Shown here piece by piece: positions 38,701 through 48,400 of a stretch of 64,000 nt of DNA. Both the position numbers and the translations under genes were made by a program. Numbering within the stretch: position 1 is the stretch's first letter; each line of letters begins with the position of its first letter. The notes under the pieces were generated by a model. That model was not told the origin of the DNA, did no database searches, and saw only the letters and a list, made by a program, of their open reading frames with translations. The DNA is from a virus, in IMG/VR virus record IMGVR_UViG_3300009086_000015, positions 5,567-69,566 of that record; one strand, 5' to 3'.

Positions 38701-38954
38701 GTTGGAATGCAGTATCAGGTGCAACAAGCTATGACATATGGTATCAAAGCGCATCCACATATAGCGGAACAAGTCGTGACTTTGGTCCAATAACAGGAAC
38801 TTCTTATGTTACTCCTACATCATCTTTGTTCTACTATTTTGTTAGAGCAGTAAATGCTACGGGTAACGGATCCTACTCAGCTGGAGTACTGGCAACTGCT
38901 GGTTCAACACCACCATTCTTCCCACCGTATTTTCCAGGTATTAGAGGATATTAA
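35742..38954 (+). CDS. Tail fibre/receptor-binding-type protein with PKD-like, B-repeat-like and FN3 domains and PPxF repeats
   Basis: N-terminal K...W...K.....W pattern, IDFGDG...KSYATAGTY (PKD), YTITWD...YARW (InlB B-repeat-like), 8 PPxF units, FN3, C-terminal PPFFPPYFPGIRGY. Confidence 0.72.
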   Translation: MGLFAKTGSTTWSTTKKVFAKTSTGGWSVINSVWAKVESGWQKVWPKIAPSTNPDDPINIRLNSYNGTEATGYMYIDTILYGHDGLFLNGPATASDRKFVASTSVNLSDIVSGDVETTAPLDVFNLSNNTDTTRNRIDGNYLFYQLKATNNQDPSLSTVLNGPVPPIKIIKKTPSITSTIFTESGDGIYQMEFYASSKWYNSPDLANSYVRWWRHTDKVNYRNGTILQTDYFTSTNINNFQKFGTGWTDGSSTSPDLNAISILATTVPAVGTYIIAEVVLKNSFTTHFSTEVTAVKFSGVLPFIRNVRFEDDNGRDPTDYLNRLITDGYWYLKFDADNVTASTTYRVDYRLYDVQLGVYYNFLTGSSFTNGNSWPTQYNVTGTLSGTTAYLNDGRRFINTSNFPAASHTYGGGIVRYRLGIRITAQTPGQQRTYFSGVINNNGGPYVLADTGGEFDLNTESVIALSASKTSPAVAESITFSGTTTSFPTGYTSYPRQYKIDFGDGTTTGTVENGGWVNFPGTSNPGFSVTKSYATAGTYAATLFWTPQGDKSRSTSTQITITVTSPPVNTSAPTLTGTNLSPGEVLNFDVGSWTNSPTSYTVKIYRGTASVATSETLVSTQTITAPTTTGTYTITQEDYTNTGISPVRRYLRVFVTATNGTPSAQVAGGEVGPVTPTIYTITWDKNDGTGTISTSTFSAGGSVTAPNPTRANYVLDRFTETTSGTYFYSVLGGASWSPPSVSRTMYARWTYSPPSYTFAFGNKISVSTNGYISLGSSTVITENSADAVTSTAGKVLAVLPLDMVQTSLYYWSDTSKYIVRWSGYQYGNAANIMTYEATFYAGQQYADIMIIDRFTFQSTAAAYMIDGVAITSYPATPIQSSKYRVYFNGTVPAVVAYTATATSVMKRDTTKDTVDVGTTTLTTATNQTSFIAPHFPPFFPPHFPPFFPPFFPPHFPPFFPPYFPAAALPGVPTGVTATNDGTNTTISWNAVSGATSYDIWYQSASTYSGTSRDFGPITGTSYVTPTSSLFYYFVRAVNATGNGSYSAGVLATAGSTPPFFPPYFPGIRGY
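38535..38630 (+). repeat. Second copy of the 12-bp PPxF coding repeat (8 units)
   Basis: APHF PPFF PPHF PPFF PPFF PPHF PPFF PPYF; 38577-38611 is identical to 1438-1472. Confidence 0.95.
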
Positions 38955-38962
38955 TTAATGGC

Positions 38963-38990
38963 TTGACGAATAACATGTAAATGCTATAAT
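38963..38990 (+). promoter_or_regulatory. Sigma-70/SigA-type promoter
   Basis: TTGACG-N16-TATAAT with extended TG; RBS AAGGAGG follows. Confidence 0.7.
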
Positions 38991-39008
38991 AATGAAAGGA
39001 GGAATACA

Positions 39009-39227
39009 ATGACCGTAGAACTAACAGTAGATGAAAAGCTTAGCATAATTGATCAACACATCAAGCAAATGCAATATTCAATATATGGGGCAGAGCTTGA
39101 CCTAGTTGAAGCCAATGCAATTGTTGATATTGATCAAACAGTAATTACATCAATTACAAATAGAATTTCAACAGCGACAGCTAAAAAAGATGCATTGGTA
39201 CTCACAAGAGCATCACTAACTAACTAA
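39009..39227 (+). CDS. Hypothetical protein
   Basis: Strong RBS AAGGAGG; helical composition. Confidence 0.65.
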   Translation: MTVELTVDEKLSIIDQHIKQMQYSIYGAELDLVEANAIVDIDQTVITSITNRISTATAKKDALVLTRASLTN

Positions 39228-39239
39228 AGAAAGATTAAT

Positions 39240-39425
39240 ATGTCAGATAGAAATGAATTGATTATAACAGCGCTCCAACAAAAAATTGGAGAGTTAGTCT
39301 CAAACTATGAGACACAAATTGCAATTCTTCGTGCTGAGCTTACAATTCAAAGTGCAGGATTGCAAGATAAGTCAGAAGCAGTTGAAGAATATGAAAAAGA
39401 AATTGCAGGAATTGGAGAAAAATAA
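39240..39425 (+). CDS. Hypothetical coiled-coil protein
   Basis: Heptad pattern; coupled to the next gene. Confidence 0.6.
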   Translation: MSDRNELIITALQQKIGELVSNYETQIAILRAELTIQSAGLQDKSEAVEEYEKEIAGIGEK

Positions 39426-39880
39426 TGGCAACATCACTAGCAGGTAATTTTTTAGTTGAAGGAGAACCCTTTGATGTTACAAAAATTAATAAAATGCTTG
39501 TTGCTGTTCAAGAGCTTCAGGAAAAAACCTCCTCTTTAGAAAATACATTGAAGCTGCCAGATGGAAGCATAAAACAGTATATACCAGTTGTATGGGGATA
39601 TAGAACAAAGCCTTTGACACTAAAAGGAACTGGTATCTCTGGACCATTTCAAATAGATTGGGCTAATTCTCCACTAATAGCATCAGAGCAAACTTCTGAT
39701 AAGCTTTCTATAGTTGCAACACTTGCCGAAGGTGGCGGAGAAGACGGAGACTACAGAATATCTTTTACTGATTCTGGAGTACCACAAATGTATGTTAAGT
39801 ATGTTCCTGCAAAAGGAACCGCATCAGTAAAGAAATCATTTAACATTATTGCATTTTATCCAAGAGAAAAACTCTCTTGA
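39425..39880 (+). CDS. Hypothetical (possibly fibre-associated) protein
   Basis: RBS GGAG; N-terminal short coiled coil followed by a beta-rich domain. Confidence 0.55.
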   Translation: MATSLAGNFLVEGEPFDVTKINKMLVAVQELQEKTSSLENTLKLPDGSIKQYIPVVWGYRTKPLTLKGTGISGPFQIDWANSPLIASEQTSDKLSIVATLAEGGGEDGDYRISFTDSGVPQMYVKYVPAKGTASVKKSFNIIAFYPREKLS

Positions 39881-39941
39881 CATAAAGCATCAATATGCTA
39901 TTATTAAGTATAACCTAAAGTCACGTACTCGTGACTTTTTT
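39877..39941 (+). promoter_or_regulatory. Promoter plus downstream inverted repeat at the structural/replication module boundary
   Basis: TTGACA-N16-TATTAT (extended TG), then AAAGTCACG-TACT-CGTGACTTT followed by Ts. Confidence 0.6.
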
Positions 39942-39958
39942 ACATATTAAGGTAGAAA

Positions 39959-40759
39959 ATGAGCAACGATTTAAAATGGATGATTTCATCCGACCAGCAA
40001 TTCCCGTATCAAGATGACAAGATGATTGCCCTTTGGTTTAAGGTAATGAAGTGGTTTAAGCCTGACGTTGTTGACTACCTTGGTGATACAGATGATCAAG
40101 CATGCTATAGCAAGTACACAGAAGGACGCTCAGCAGAGTTCTTGAACCTCCATAAGACCGACAGTCGAGATCTTATTGTTCCAATGATGCGCCATGAAGC
40201 AAAAGGTGCAAGAGATTTTTATACTAAGACAAGAGAGATGTTGCCAGAAGCGCAACTATTTTCAGCACTAGGAAACCACGATGTTAGAATTTTTAACTAT
40301 GTAGATGCAAAGCTTCCTGATTATATTAATGAGGTCACTCCAGAAGCCCTTTGGGGATTAGATTCTTTAGGCTATGAATATATTCACTATAACGAACTAC
40401 CTAAGCGCCGATTCGGAGATATACATGTACACCACGGACTATCAATTGCAGCAACTGGTTCCGTTCGCAAGGACATGGAAGACCTACAGGTATCTTTAAT
40501 TAGAGGTCACTCACACAGAATTGCATCACACCTAGTTACTTATGAGTTAAGAAACGGCGGAGAAGGTGAAACACTCCGAGGCTACGAACTAGGACATATG
40601 TGTGATGAAAAGGGCCCAGGAATGAAGTACATGCAGCACCACGACTGGCAAAAAGGATTTGCTATCGCTCACATTGTCAACGATTATCCACATATACAGA
40701 TGATCCACGTGGCGCCTGATTACTCATGCGTTGTTGACGGGAAGCTGTTTACCTTATAA
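39959..40759 (+). CDS. Calcineurin-like metallophosphoesterase
   Basis: SDQQ (variant DxH), LGDxxD, GNHD, HHG, GHSH motifs. Confidence 0.85.
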   Translation: MSNDLKWMISSDQQFPYQDDKMIALWFKVMKWFKPDVVDYLGDTDDQACYSKYTEGRSAEFLNLHKTDSRDLIVPMMRHEAKGARDFYTKTREMLPEAQLFSALGNHDVRIFNYVDAKLPDYINEVTPEALWGLDSLGYEYIHYNELPKRRFGDIHVHHGLSIAATGSVRKDMEDLQVSLIRGHSHRIASHLVTYELRNGGEGETLRGYELGHMCDEKGPGMKYMQHHDWQKGFAIAHIVNDYPHIQMIHVAPDYSCVVDGKLFTL

Positions 40760-40944
40760 TGTGGTGCGGAAAATGTAATGGAAGAGTTTTTGTAGATAGA
40801 GTATTCTCTCAAAAACTACATATGGAATTATTCTGTATCATGTGCGGCAAACGCTGGATGTGCAATAAGGAAACGAGTGCTTTCGGAAAATGGCTGGAAT
40901 CAAAAGAAACGGCAAACCAAAAAGCTTACGGTATTTCTTCTTAA
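40759..40944 (+). CDS. Small Zn-ribbon protein
   Basis: CGKC...CIMCG. Confidence 0.65.
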   Translation: MWCGKCNGRVFVDRVFSQKLHMELFCIMCGKRWMCNKETSAFGKWLESKETANQKAYGISS

Positions 40945-41375
40945 ACGATAAGATACATAAGGTACTAAAGTCATCTAGATCAAAAGATGAAATGGTTGCT
41001 TGGTGCTACCCAGACAAGAAAAGAGTTATGTATTCTTATTCTCAGGTTAAAAAGAATATGGAAACCGCATACACTGTTGTAGAAGTTGCTTCTATGCTTA
41101 ATAAGCATAGGGTAACTATACAAGAGTATATTTTGAATGAAAAGGTTGCTACCCCTCAAAAGATATATCCAATAGGACAACCAGATAGCGAAAATTGGTC
41201 TCAGTATATGTTTAATCAAAAGAACATACTAGATATACACCAGCATATCTTAGACTCAGGACACTCAAAAGAAATTCCTTCCAAAGCTGAATTGCAGGCC
41301 CTTCTCAAAAACAACTTAATATTGTATACTAAAACAGAAGAAGGAAAGTTTGTACCAGTTTGGAGGGCGGAATAA
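40890..41375 (+). CDS. Helix-turn-helix DNA-binding protein (MerR/excisionase-like HTH)
   Basis: YTVVEVASMLNKHRVTIQEY. Confidence 0.6.
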   Translation: MAGIKRNGKPKSLRYFFLNDKIHKVLKSSRSKDEMVAWCYPDKKRVMYSYSQVKKNMETAYTVVEVASMLNKHRVTIQEYILNEKVATPQKIYPIGQPDSENWSQYMFNQKNILDIHQHILDSGHSKEIPSKAELQALLKNNLILYTKTEEGKFVPVWRAE

Positions 41376-41479
41376 TGAGCAGAACAGTTTCATGCCCAGT
41401 CTGTAAAAAGGAATGGGATCTTCGTTGGGGTATATTCGCACACGATAGTTTGTCTAGGCATATGAAGGAGCACAAATGA
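41375..41479 (+). CDS. 34-aa C2H2-type zinc-finger miniprotein (not in the ORF track)
   Basis: MSRTVSCPVCKKEWDLRWGIFAHDSLSRHMKEHK; fills the gap exactly, overlapping the upstream stop (TAATG) and downstream start (ATGA). Confidence 0.7.
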   Translation: MSRTVSCPVCKKEWDLRWGIFAHDSLSRHMKEHK

Positions 41480-41679
41480 CAACAAAGGTAAAAGTAGATT
41501 TATCGTTTACTAGAAATCTTGGTAATTACGAGAGCATCAAAATTGGCGTAGGCATTGAAGACGATGTAAGACAAGGCGAAACGGTAGATGCTGCTACAGA
41601 AAGAGTGTATGCTTTTGTTGAAAGCAAGTTAATTGAAAAAACACAAGAGGTAGAGGAAGAGCTAAAGCGTGGCAAATAG
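41476..41679 (+). CDS. Hypothetical protein
   Basis: RBS AAGGAG; TRNLGNYES motif seen in small phage replication-region proteins. Confidence 0.65.
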   Translation: MTTKVKVDLSFTRNLGNYESIKIGVGIEDDVRQGETVDAATERVYAFVESKLIEKTQEVEEELKRGK

Positions 41680-41992
41680 TAAAGAGCCATATATTCTTCT
41701 ATCCCTATTTCAGAATCTATACAAAGAGAAGTATGGGAAAGCACCTTCAATTAACAAGTTCCGTGAAAAATGGGCTATGCAAGATGTCATTGATAGTGTA
41801 GGATTTGATCGTGCAAAAGAATTACTTGAATACTATTTTCATCTAACAAAGCACGGACACACAATCCAGTTCTTTTTGTATAACTTTGATAAGATGGACA
41901 CCGTAAGAACAGAGATTGAAAAAGATAAAGCGAAGCGTCGTTTGTTACTAGAAGAAACGAAGAAGATGGTAGAGCAAGGCGGAGTAGAGTGA
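41669..41992 (+). CDS. Hypothetical protein (possible helicase loader/initiator)
   Basis: Immediately upstream of and coupled to DnaB; function inferred from position only. Confidence 0.5.
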   Translation: MANSKEPYILLSLFQNLYKEKYGKAPSINKFREKWAMQDVIDSVGFDRAKELLEYYFHLTKHGHTIQFFLYNFDKMDTVRTEIEKDKAKRRLLLEETKKMVEQGGVE

Positions 41993-43251
41993 ACACAGAG
42001 GCAGAGTTAATCTCAGCAGTATGTAAGAATAAAGACATTAGCACACTACTTGCTGATAACGTAGATGACCTATTTACTTCTCATAAAGACATTTGGGAAG
42101 GTCTAAAGTCTTACTATTATAAATTTAAAGCCGTACCAGAAGCGGGTATCTTACAGGAAAAGTTTAAAGACTTTGAGCCATTAGATGTTAAAGGCCAAAC
42201 AGGATATTATTTAGATACACTAAAGAATGAATTTATTTCAAATAAACTAAAGACAATTATACTTCGTGCTGGTTCATCTCTTAAAGAAGATGCAGCATCA
42301 AGGGTGCTTGAAAATATGCAATCACAATTAGCTGGGCTGAGCCGATTTACAAATAACGTAAGAGACTTAGACATCACAGACTCAGAAGCAGCAATTAGGC
42401 ATATGGAGTTATTAAGAGTACGATCTGCCGAGATGGGTGGCTCCCCAGGCATCAAGACTGGTTTTGAGGCCATAGATTTAGCATACCCAACAGGTATGGC
42501 TCCAGGACACCTAATCGTCGCTATCGGCTGGCCAGGCCGTGGAAAGACATGGTTCACATCTTATCTGGCATGCAAAGCTTGGGAACAGGGCTTTAAGCCA
42601 ATGATTGTCTCACTGGAAATGTCACCAGAGAATATGCGTGATCGTATTTATACAATGCTTGGCTCTGGTTTATTTAAAGCATCTGACTTTTCTAAGGGAG
42701 ATATTAACATTGATGACTTCCGTTCATGGTCTACAAAGAAGTTTGCAGATAAGAATAGCTTTATTCTTATTTCAAACGAGGGCAACACAGAAGTAACACC
42801 AGCAACTATTCAGGGTAAGATTGACCAACATAAGCCAGACTTAGTTATCCTTGATTATCACCAGCTATTTAATGATAACAAGCGAAGTAACTCTGAAGTA
42901 GAAAGAAACAGAAATGTCTCTCGTGAGTTTAAGATGCTAGCCGTGTCTAACAATATACCTATTATTGATATTACCGCAGCAACTGCAGATGATGTATCAG
43001 ATCAAGATAATCCGCCAATGATGTCTCAGGTAGCATGGTCAAAGGCAATTGAGTATGATGCTGATATGGCTATGGCCGTACATAGATACCCAGGAACTAA
43101 CATGATTGAGATTGTTTCACGTAAGAATCGACATGGACATGAATTTGGTTTATACTTAGATTGGGATATCAACAGAGGTATCGTCAAAGAGATTTATGAG
43201 AATCCATTCCAAAATAATGAATCACAAACCGATAAAAAGATTTCAAGTTAG
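41989..43251 (+). CDS. dnaB: DnaB-like replicative helicase
   Basis: GIKTGF, Walker A GWPGRGKT, SLEMS, ILDY, IEYDAD, KNRHG. Confidence 0.92.
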   Translation: MNTEAELISAVCKNKDISTLLADNVDDLFTSHKDIWEGLKSYYYKFKAVPEAGILQEKFKDFEPLDVKGQTGYYLDTLKNEFISNKLKTIILRAGSSLKEDAASRVLENMQSQLAGLSRFTNNVRDLDITDSEAAIRHMELLRVRSAEMGGSPGIKTGFEAIDLAYPTGMAPGHLIVAIGWPGRGKTWFTSYLACKAWEQGFKPMIVSLEMSPENMRDRIYTMLGSGLFKASDFSKGDINIDDFRSWSTKKFADKNSFILISNEGNTEVTPATIQGKIDQHKPDLVILDYHQLFNDNKRSNSEVERNRNVSREFKMLAVSNNIPIIDITAATADDVSDQDNPPMMSQVAWSKAIEYDADMAMAVHRYPGTNMIEIVSRKNRHGHEFGLYLDWDINRGIVKEIYENPFQNNESQTDKKISS

Positions 43252-43507
43252 GGTTGAATTCCTAGACGACTCTGACATGGTTAGAATTAAGCATCAGTAC
43301 GAAAGCATGCTTACTCACCAAATGAGAGACAAGGGGTATCTTAGGGTACTTGACATAGACACCAACTTTTCGGTAGAATTTGATGGATCAACATGGATGT
43401 TCTTAATGACACTCTATGGGACTTATGTAGGAAAGAAGACGGCATGGCGGCACGAAGCAATTACGCAAGGAAAGCTGATACCACGCAATACTCTAAGCAA
43501 CACATAA
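43217..43507 (+). CDS. Hypothetical protein
   Basis: ORF bridging dnaB and primase. Confidence 0.55.
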   Translation: MNHKPIKRFQVRVEFLDDSDMVRIKHQYESMLTHQMRDKGYLRVLDIDTNFSVEFDGSTWMFLMTLYGTYVGKKTAWRHEAITQGKLIPRNTLSNT

Positions 43508-44451
43508 AGGCAATTGTAAAAAGCCTTGGCTTACAGGTGGCTGGTGAAACAGAGGTAGAGGTTTCTTTCTATTGCCCATTTCATTCAAACAGACATAGCG
43601 CAAGTTGTAGTATTAGCAAAACAACTGGTGCATGGCTATGCTTTAATCCATCATGTGGAGAAACTGGATCTTTGATAGAACTAGTTAAAAGAGTTTTACA
43701 TAAGAATGACTTTGAAGCAATGAGATATGTTTATTCAAAAGAGACGGAAGCGCTTGAGAATTTTGACGATGTATTAAATGAAATGTTAGAAGACAAGCCA
43801 GAGTTCGTAGAGTTTCCAGAAGAGACATTAAAGAATCTGTATAACGATTTAATTAAAAGCGAGCAAGCAAAAGAATATTTTAAAAACAGGGGCATTGACC
43901 TTCAGTCTATTTCACATTTCTCTTTAGGGTATTCTCCAAAGCAAGACATGGTTACAGTACCAGTCCATAGCCCAGACGGAATGCCAGTCGGAATTGTTGG
44001 CAGGTCTATATCAGAAAAGAAGTTCAAGAATAGTACTAATTTACCAAGAAGCAAAACTATGTTTAACATACACCGTGCTAAAAAAATAGGCGACCATGTT
44101 ATTATTGTAGAGTCTAGCTTTGATGCAATCCGTGTCCATCAGGCTGGATTCCCCAATGTAATTGCAACTCTTGGAGGACATATATCTACAGAAAATATAG
44201 GTCTGATAAATAGATATTTTAATAAGGTGACACTTATGACAGATGCAGACCATGCTGGTCGTGAGCTTGCAAACAGCCTAGCATCAAGACTAAAGAATAA
44301 AGACCTCTTGTGGGCCTCTTATGAATATGGTAAGATATATCCACATGATGCAAAAGATGCTGGCGACATGACCGAAGAGGAAATTAAAGCCTGTATTAAA
44401 AACGCAGTTTCCAATATTGAATATCAATCTTGGACCCATGAAAAACAATAA
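43444..44451 (+). CDS. dnaG: DNA primase (CHC2 Zn finger + TOPRIM); start uncertain
   Basis: CPFH...C..CG Zn finger; IVESSFDA, ATLGG, TDADHAG TOPRIM motifs. Confidence 0.9.
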   Translation: MAARSNYARKADTTQYSKQHIKAIVKSLGLQVAGETEVEVSFYCPFHSNRHSASCSISKTTGAWLCFNPSCGETGSLIELVKRVLHKNDFEAMRYVYSKETEALENFDDVLNEMLEDKPEFVEFPEETLKNLYNDLIKSEQAKEYFKNRGIDLQSISHFSLGYSPKQDMVTVPVHSPDGMPVGIVGRSISEKKFKNSTNLPRSKTMFNIHRAKKIGDHVIIVESSFDAIRVHQAGFPNVIATLGGHISTENIGLINRYFNKVTLMTDADHAGRELANSLASRLKNKDLLWASYEYGKIYPHDAKDAGDMTEEEIKACIKNAVSNIEYQSWTHEKQ

Positions 44452-44490
44452 ACAGATGGATATATACCATCAAATACAAAGGAGAAAAAT

Positions 44491-45165
44491 ATGGGAATAG
44501 TAAAAGGTCTCAAGGGACTAAATAAGGTTATGGATGCACCTCAGCATTCAAGTGGTGACGGAGTTAAAGCACGTTGGGCAAAGCTTGAAGATGCAGAAAG
44601 CGTTAAGGTTCGTTTTCTTCAAGAGCTTGATCCAGATTCACCTACATATAATGAAAAAGCTGGACTGGGATTTATTGCAGTTGAGCACACAAATCCAAAA
44701 GATTATCGACGCAAAGCACTTTGCACAATGGAAGATCAGGGCAAGTGCTACGGATGCGAACAACATCGCAAAGATTATAAGGCTGGCTGGAAAGGCCGTT
44801 CACGACTATACATCAATGTTCTTATTGATGACGGCAAGGAAGATCCTTATGTTGCAATTCTTTCACAAGGTTCAAGTGGAAAAACTATTACACCAACACT
44901 AATTGAATATGCTGGTGAAATGGGTTCTATCACAAACCTTATGTGGCGTATCAAGCGCTCAGGTACAAAGACAGACACAAGCTATACAATTATTCCTCTA
45001 GCAAAAGATGAGACGCCTTTTGACTCATCATCACTTGAATTGTATGACTTAGAAACTACTGCAGTTCGTGACCTTCCTTACACAGACCAAGATTCATTCT
45101 TTGCTGGTGAGGCTGGACCACACGCAGAAGAGTCAAGCTCAGACGACTCAAGCGTTATCTGGTAA
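44491..45165 (+). CDS. Single-stranded DNA-binding protein (gp32-like)
   Basis: KVRFL, Zn-binding H/C..C..C, RIKRSG...DT.Y and an acidic C-terminal tail ending in Trp. Confidence 0.75.
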   Translation: MGIVKGLKGLNKVMDAPQHSSGDGVKARWAKLEDAESVKVRFLQELDPDSPTYNEKAGLGFIAVEHTNPKDYRRKALCTMEDQGKCYGCEQHRKDYKAGWKGRSRLYINVLIDDGKEDPYVAILSQGSSGKTITPTLIEYAGEMGSITNLMWRIKRSGTKTDTSYTIIPLAKDETPFDSSSLELYDLETTAVRDLPYTDQDSFFAGEAGPHAEESSSDDSSVIW

Positions 45166-45180
45166 AAGAAAGTAAATGTT

Positions 45181-45220
45181 GGGGCAGTCTATTGACTGCC
45201 CCTTCATTATTTAGTAGAAT
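45181..45220 (+). promoter_or_regulatory. Hairpin overlapping a promoter upstream of the dnaE operon
   Basis: GGGGCAGTC-TATT-GACTGCCCC; TTGACT (45192-45197) to TAGAAT (45215-45220) with a 17-nt spacer. Confidence 0.6.
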
Positions 45221-45226
45221 GACAAC

Positions 45227-45433
45227 ATGATTACCTACGAGATACCAGATCCATTTGAGACATTTGTTTCAAATAAGTATAAAAATTATGTAGGTGCAGT
45301 ATACGATTTCTTTGCTAGAGAATGGCATATGAAATGTGGATGCTGTAAAGAAGATTTATATGCACCAACAAAAAAGATATTAACTAAAATTAGGTTATAT
45401 CATACTAGAAATGAATGCACAGGCGGATACTAA
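45227..45433 (+). CDS. Small Cys/His-containing hypothetical protein
   Basis: CGCC...H....C; coupled to dnaE (TAATG). Confidence 0.55.
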   Translation: MITYEIPDPFETFVSNKYKNYVGAVYDFFAREWHMKCGCCKEDLYAPTKKILTKIRLYHTRNECTGGY

Positions 45434-48400
45434 TGAGCTTTACACACCTACATGTTCACTCCTACTATTCATTAATGGATGGACTAAATTCACCTAAAGA
45501 ATTATGCCAAGCAGCGTTAGATGCTGGGCAAACTGCGATTGCAATTACAGACCATGGCACTCTCTCTTCACACAGAGATATGCAGATTGCCGCAAAAGAA
45601 ACTGGCATTAAGCCAATTCTTGGTGTTGAGGCGTACATTTCTCCAACCGATAGGTTTGACAGATCTTCTAAAACAGACAAGTCTATTCAGGCCTACAACC
45701 ATATTATTCTGCTAGCGAAAAATAAAAAGGGGCTGGAGAATATAAATATTCTACAAGAGCTTGCTTGGAACGAAGGCTTTTATCATAAGCCACGTATTGA
45801 CAGAGAGGTTTTAAATGATTATAGCGAAGGTATTATCGTTCTCAGCGGATGTCTTAATGGACTCATTAGTAAGGCTATCGCTAAAGGTAACATGGAGGAA
45901 GCAGAACTTCTTCTCAAAGGCTTTAAACAAACTTTCGGACAAGATTTTTACGTGGAAGTGCAATCACATAACCCTATGGAGATCAACTCCGCCCTTCTAG
46001 AATTAGCAGATAAACTTAAAATTAAAGCGGTGGCAACAGGAGATGCCCACTTTGCTAAAGAAGAAGATAGAATATTAGAAGAAGCATTATTAATCCTATC
46101 AACATCTCCAAAGGTTGATAAAGATACAGATTTTGAAATGTCTAGAAACATGAAAGATATGTTAGATAGATTTAATTATCTTTACCCAGACCGCAGAATA
46201 TCATTTCAGGATATGAATCTATTTATACAATCACGTTCAGAGATTGAAGCTGACTTTAATAAAGCTGGGATTAATCGAACAGACATCTATGAAAACACTA
46301 TGGAGATTGCAGACAAGATAGGCGACTATGACTTTTATCAGGGTCTAGACCTCCTGCCAGTCCCAAAGACTGATGCTGATGAAAGACTAAGGGAGTTGGC
46401 TGAAAAGGGCTTAGAGAGGCTTCAGAAGGCTTCAGACCCTATTTATATGGAGAGGCTTGACGAAGAGCTTGGTATTATTGCTAAGAAAAATTTTGCATCA
46501 TATTTCCTTGTTGTTGGAGATATGATTAATTGGGCTAAAGAGAACAATATTATGGTTGGTCCAGGCCGTGGTTCTGCTGCTGGATCTTTAGTTTGTTATA
46601 CATTAGGCATTACAGATGTTGATCCAATTAAATATGATTTATTGTTTTTTAGATTTATTAATGAGGAGCGAAATGACTTCCCAGACATTGATACAGACTT
46701 TGAAGACAGAAGAAGAAAAGAAGTTAAAGATTATTTAAAGAAAAAGTTTAAGCATGTTGCTTCCATTTCTACATACACTTATTTTAAAGACAAGGGAGTG
46801 GTTCGAGATGCTGCTCGTGTCTTTATGGTTCCACTTCAAGAAGTTAACCGTGCATTAAAGTCTGTAGATACATTTGAAGATTTTATCGATTCTCCAAATA
46901 CAAAAGAGTTTAGACTTAGGTACCCAGAAGTTGTTTGGCTTGCTGACAGACTACGTGGCAGAATTAGATCAGTTGGAGTGCATGCTGCTGGAGTTGTTGT
47001 GGCCAAAGATGATTTGCGTAAGTTTGCCCCAGTAGAATCTCGTGAAGACTCCCAGGATAAGGTGTCAGGTAGAATTCCAGTCGTCGCATACGATATGGAT
47101 ACGGTTGCAGATATAGGTCTTATTAAGCTAGATGCGCTAGGTCTTAAGACTTTATCTGTGATTTCCGACACACTTCAATCAATCAAAGAAAGGCATGGGA
47201 AGACAATTAATCTTTCCGAAATGCCACTTGATGATAAAGATGTTTATAAAATGCTTAATGACGGATACACAAAAGGCGTCTTCCAGGCAGAAGCAACCCC
47301 ATACACAAATCTTTTAATCAAGATGGGGGTAGACAAGTTTGAAGATTTAGCTGCTTCAAATGCTCTCGTTAGACCAGGAGCAATGAATACAGTTGGCGCT
47401 GCGTACATTAATCGTAAAAATGGCAACGAGGCAGTTGATTATATGCACACAATCATGAAACCTTTTACCGAGAACACATATGGTGTTATTATATATCAAG
47501 AACAAGTTATGCAGGCATGTGTACACCTAGGTGGCATGACATGGGCAGAAGCTGACAAGGTACGTAAGATTATTGGAAAGAAGAAAGATGCAAAAGAATT
47601 CGACCAGTTCAAGGATAAGTTTGTTACTGGGGCTTCAGAACACATTACTAAGAAAAAAGCAGAAGCCCTATGGCATGACTTTGAAGCTCATGCAGGTTAT
47701 TCTTTTAATCGTTCCCATGCTGTTGCTTACTCTATGCTTTCTTATTATACTGCTTGGCTCAAAACTTATTATCCTTTGGAATTTATGTTCTCGGTTCTTA
47801 AAAACGAAAATGATAAAGATGCAAGAACAGAATATTTAATTGAGGCAAAGAGACTAGGGCTAAAAGTACTGCTTCCTCATATTAATGAATCAGATGTTTA
47901 TTTTTCTTTACAGGAAAATTCTGTAAGATTTGGTTTGGCTGAAGTAAAGTTTATTTCAGACAGTATTGCAAATAAGATAATAGAAAGAAGACCTTATAAT
48001 GATTACAGCGACTTCATTGATAAGGCATCGAAAAAAGGTTCTGGCATTAATAGCCGTGCTATTGCTGCTCTTAACTCCATCGGCGGTGCTGCGTTTAATG
48101 ATAACAAAAGGCAAGGAAATGAAAAAGACAACTACTACGAATACCTAGGCATTCCAACATTTAATCTTGAAGGCATTCCTCCAAGGATTAAGGCTCAAGC
48201 AAAACCAATTGAAGATTTTGACGATCTTGGTTCGTTTGTTATGTTTGGTATGGTTAAGTCTATTAAACGTGGAAATGGCTGGGCAAGAGTAGAGCTTGTA
48301 GATGAGACTGGATCTGTTGGTCTTTTTCATACAGAGCAAACACAAATTGAAACAGGGCAGATGTATTTTATTTTGGTGGGAGATAACAGAATATCAAGAT

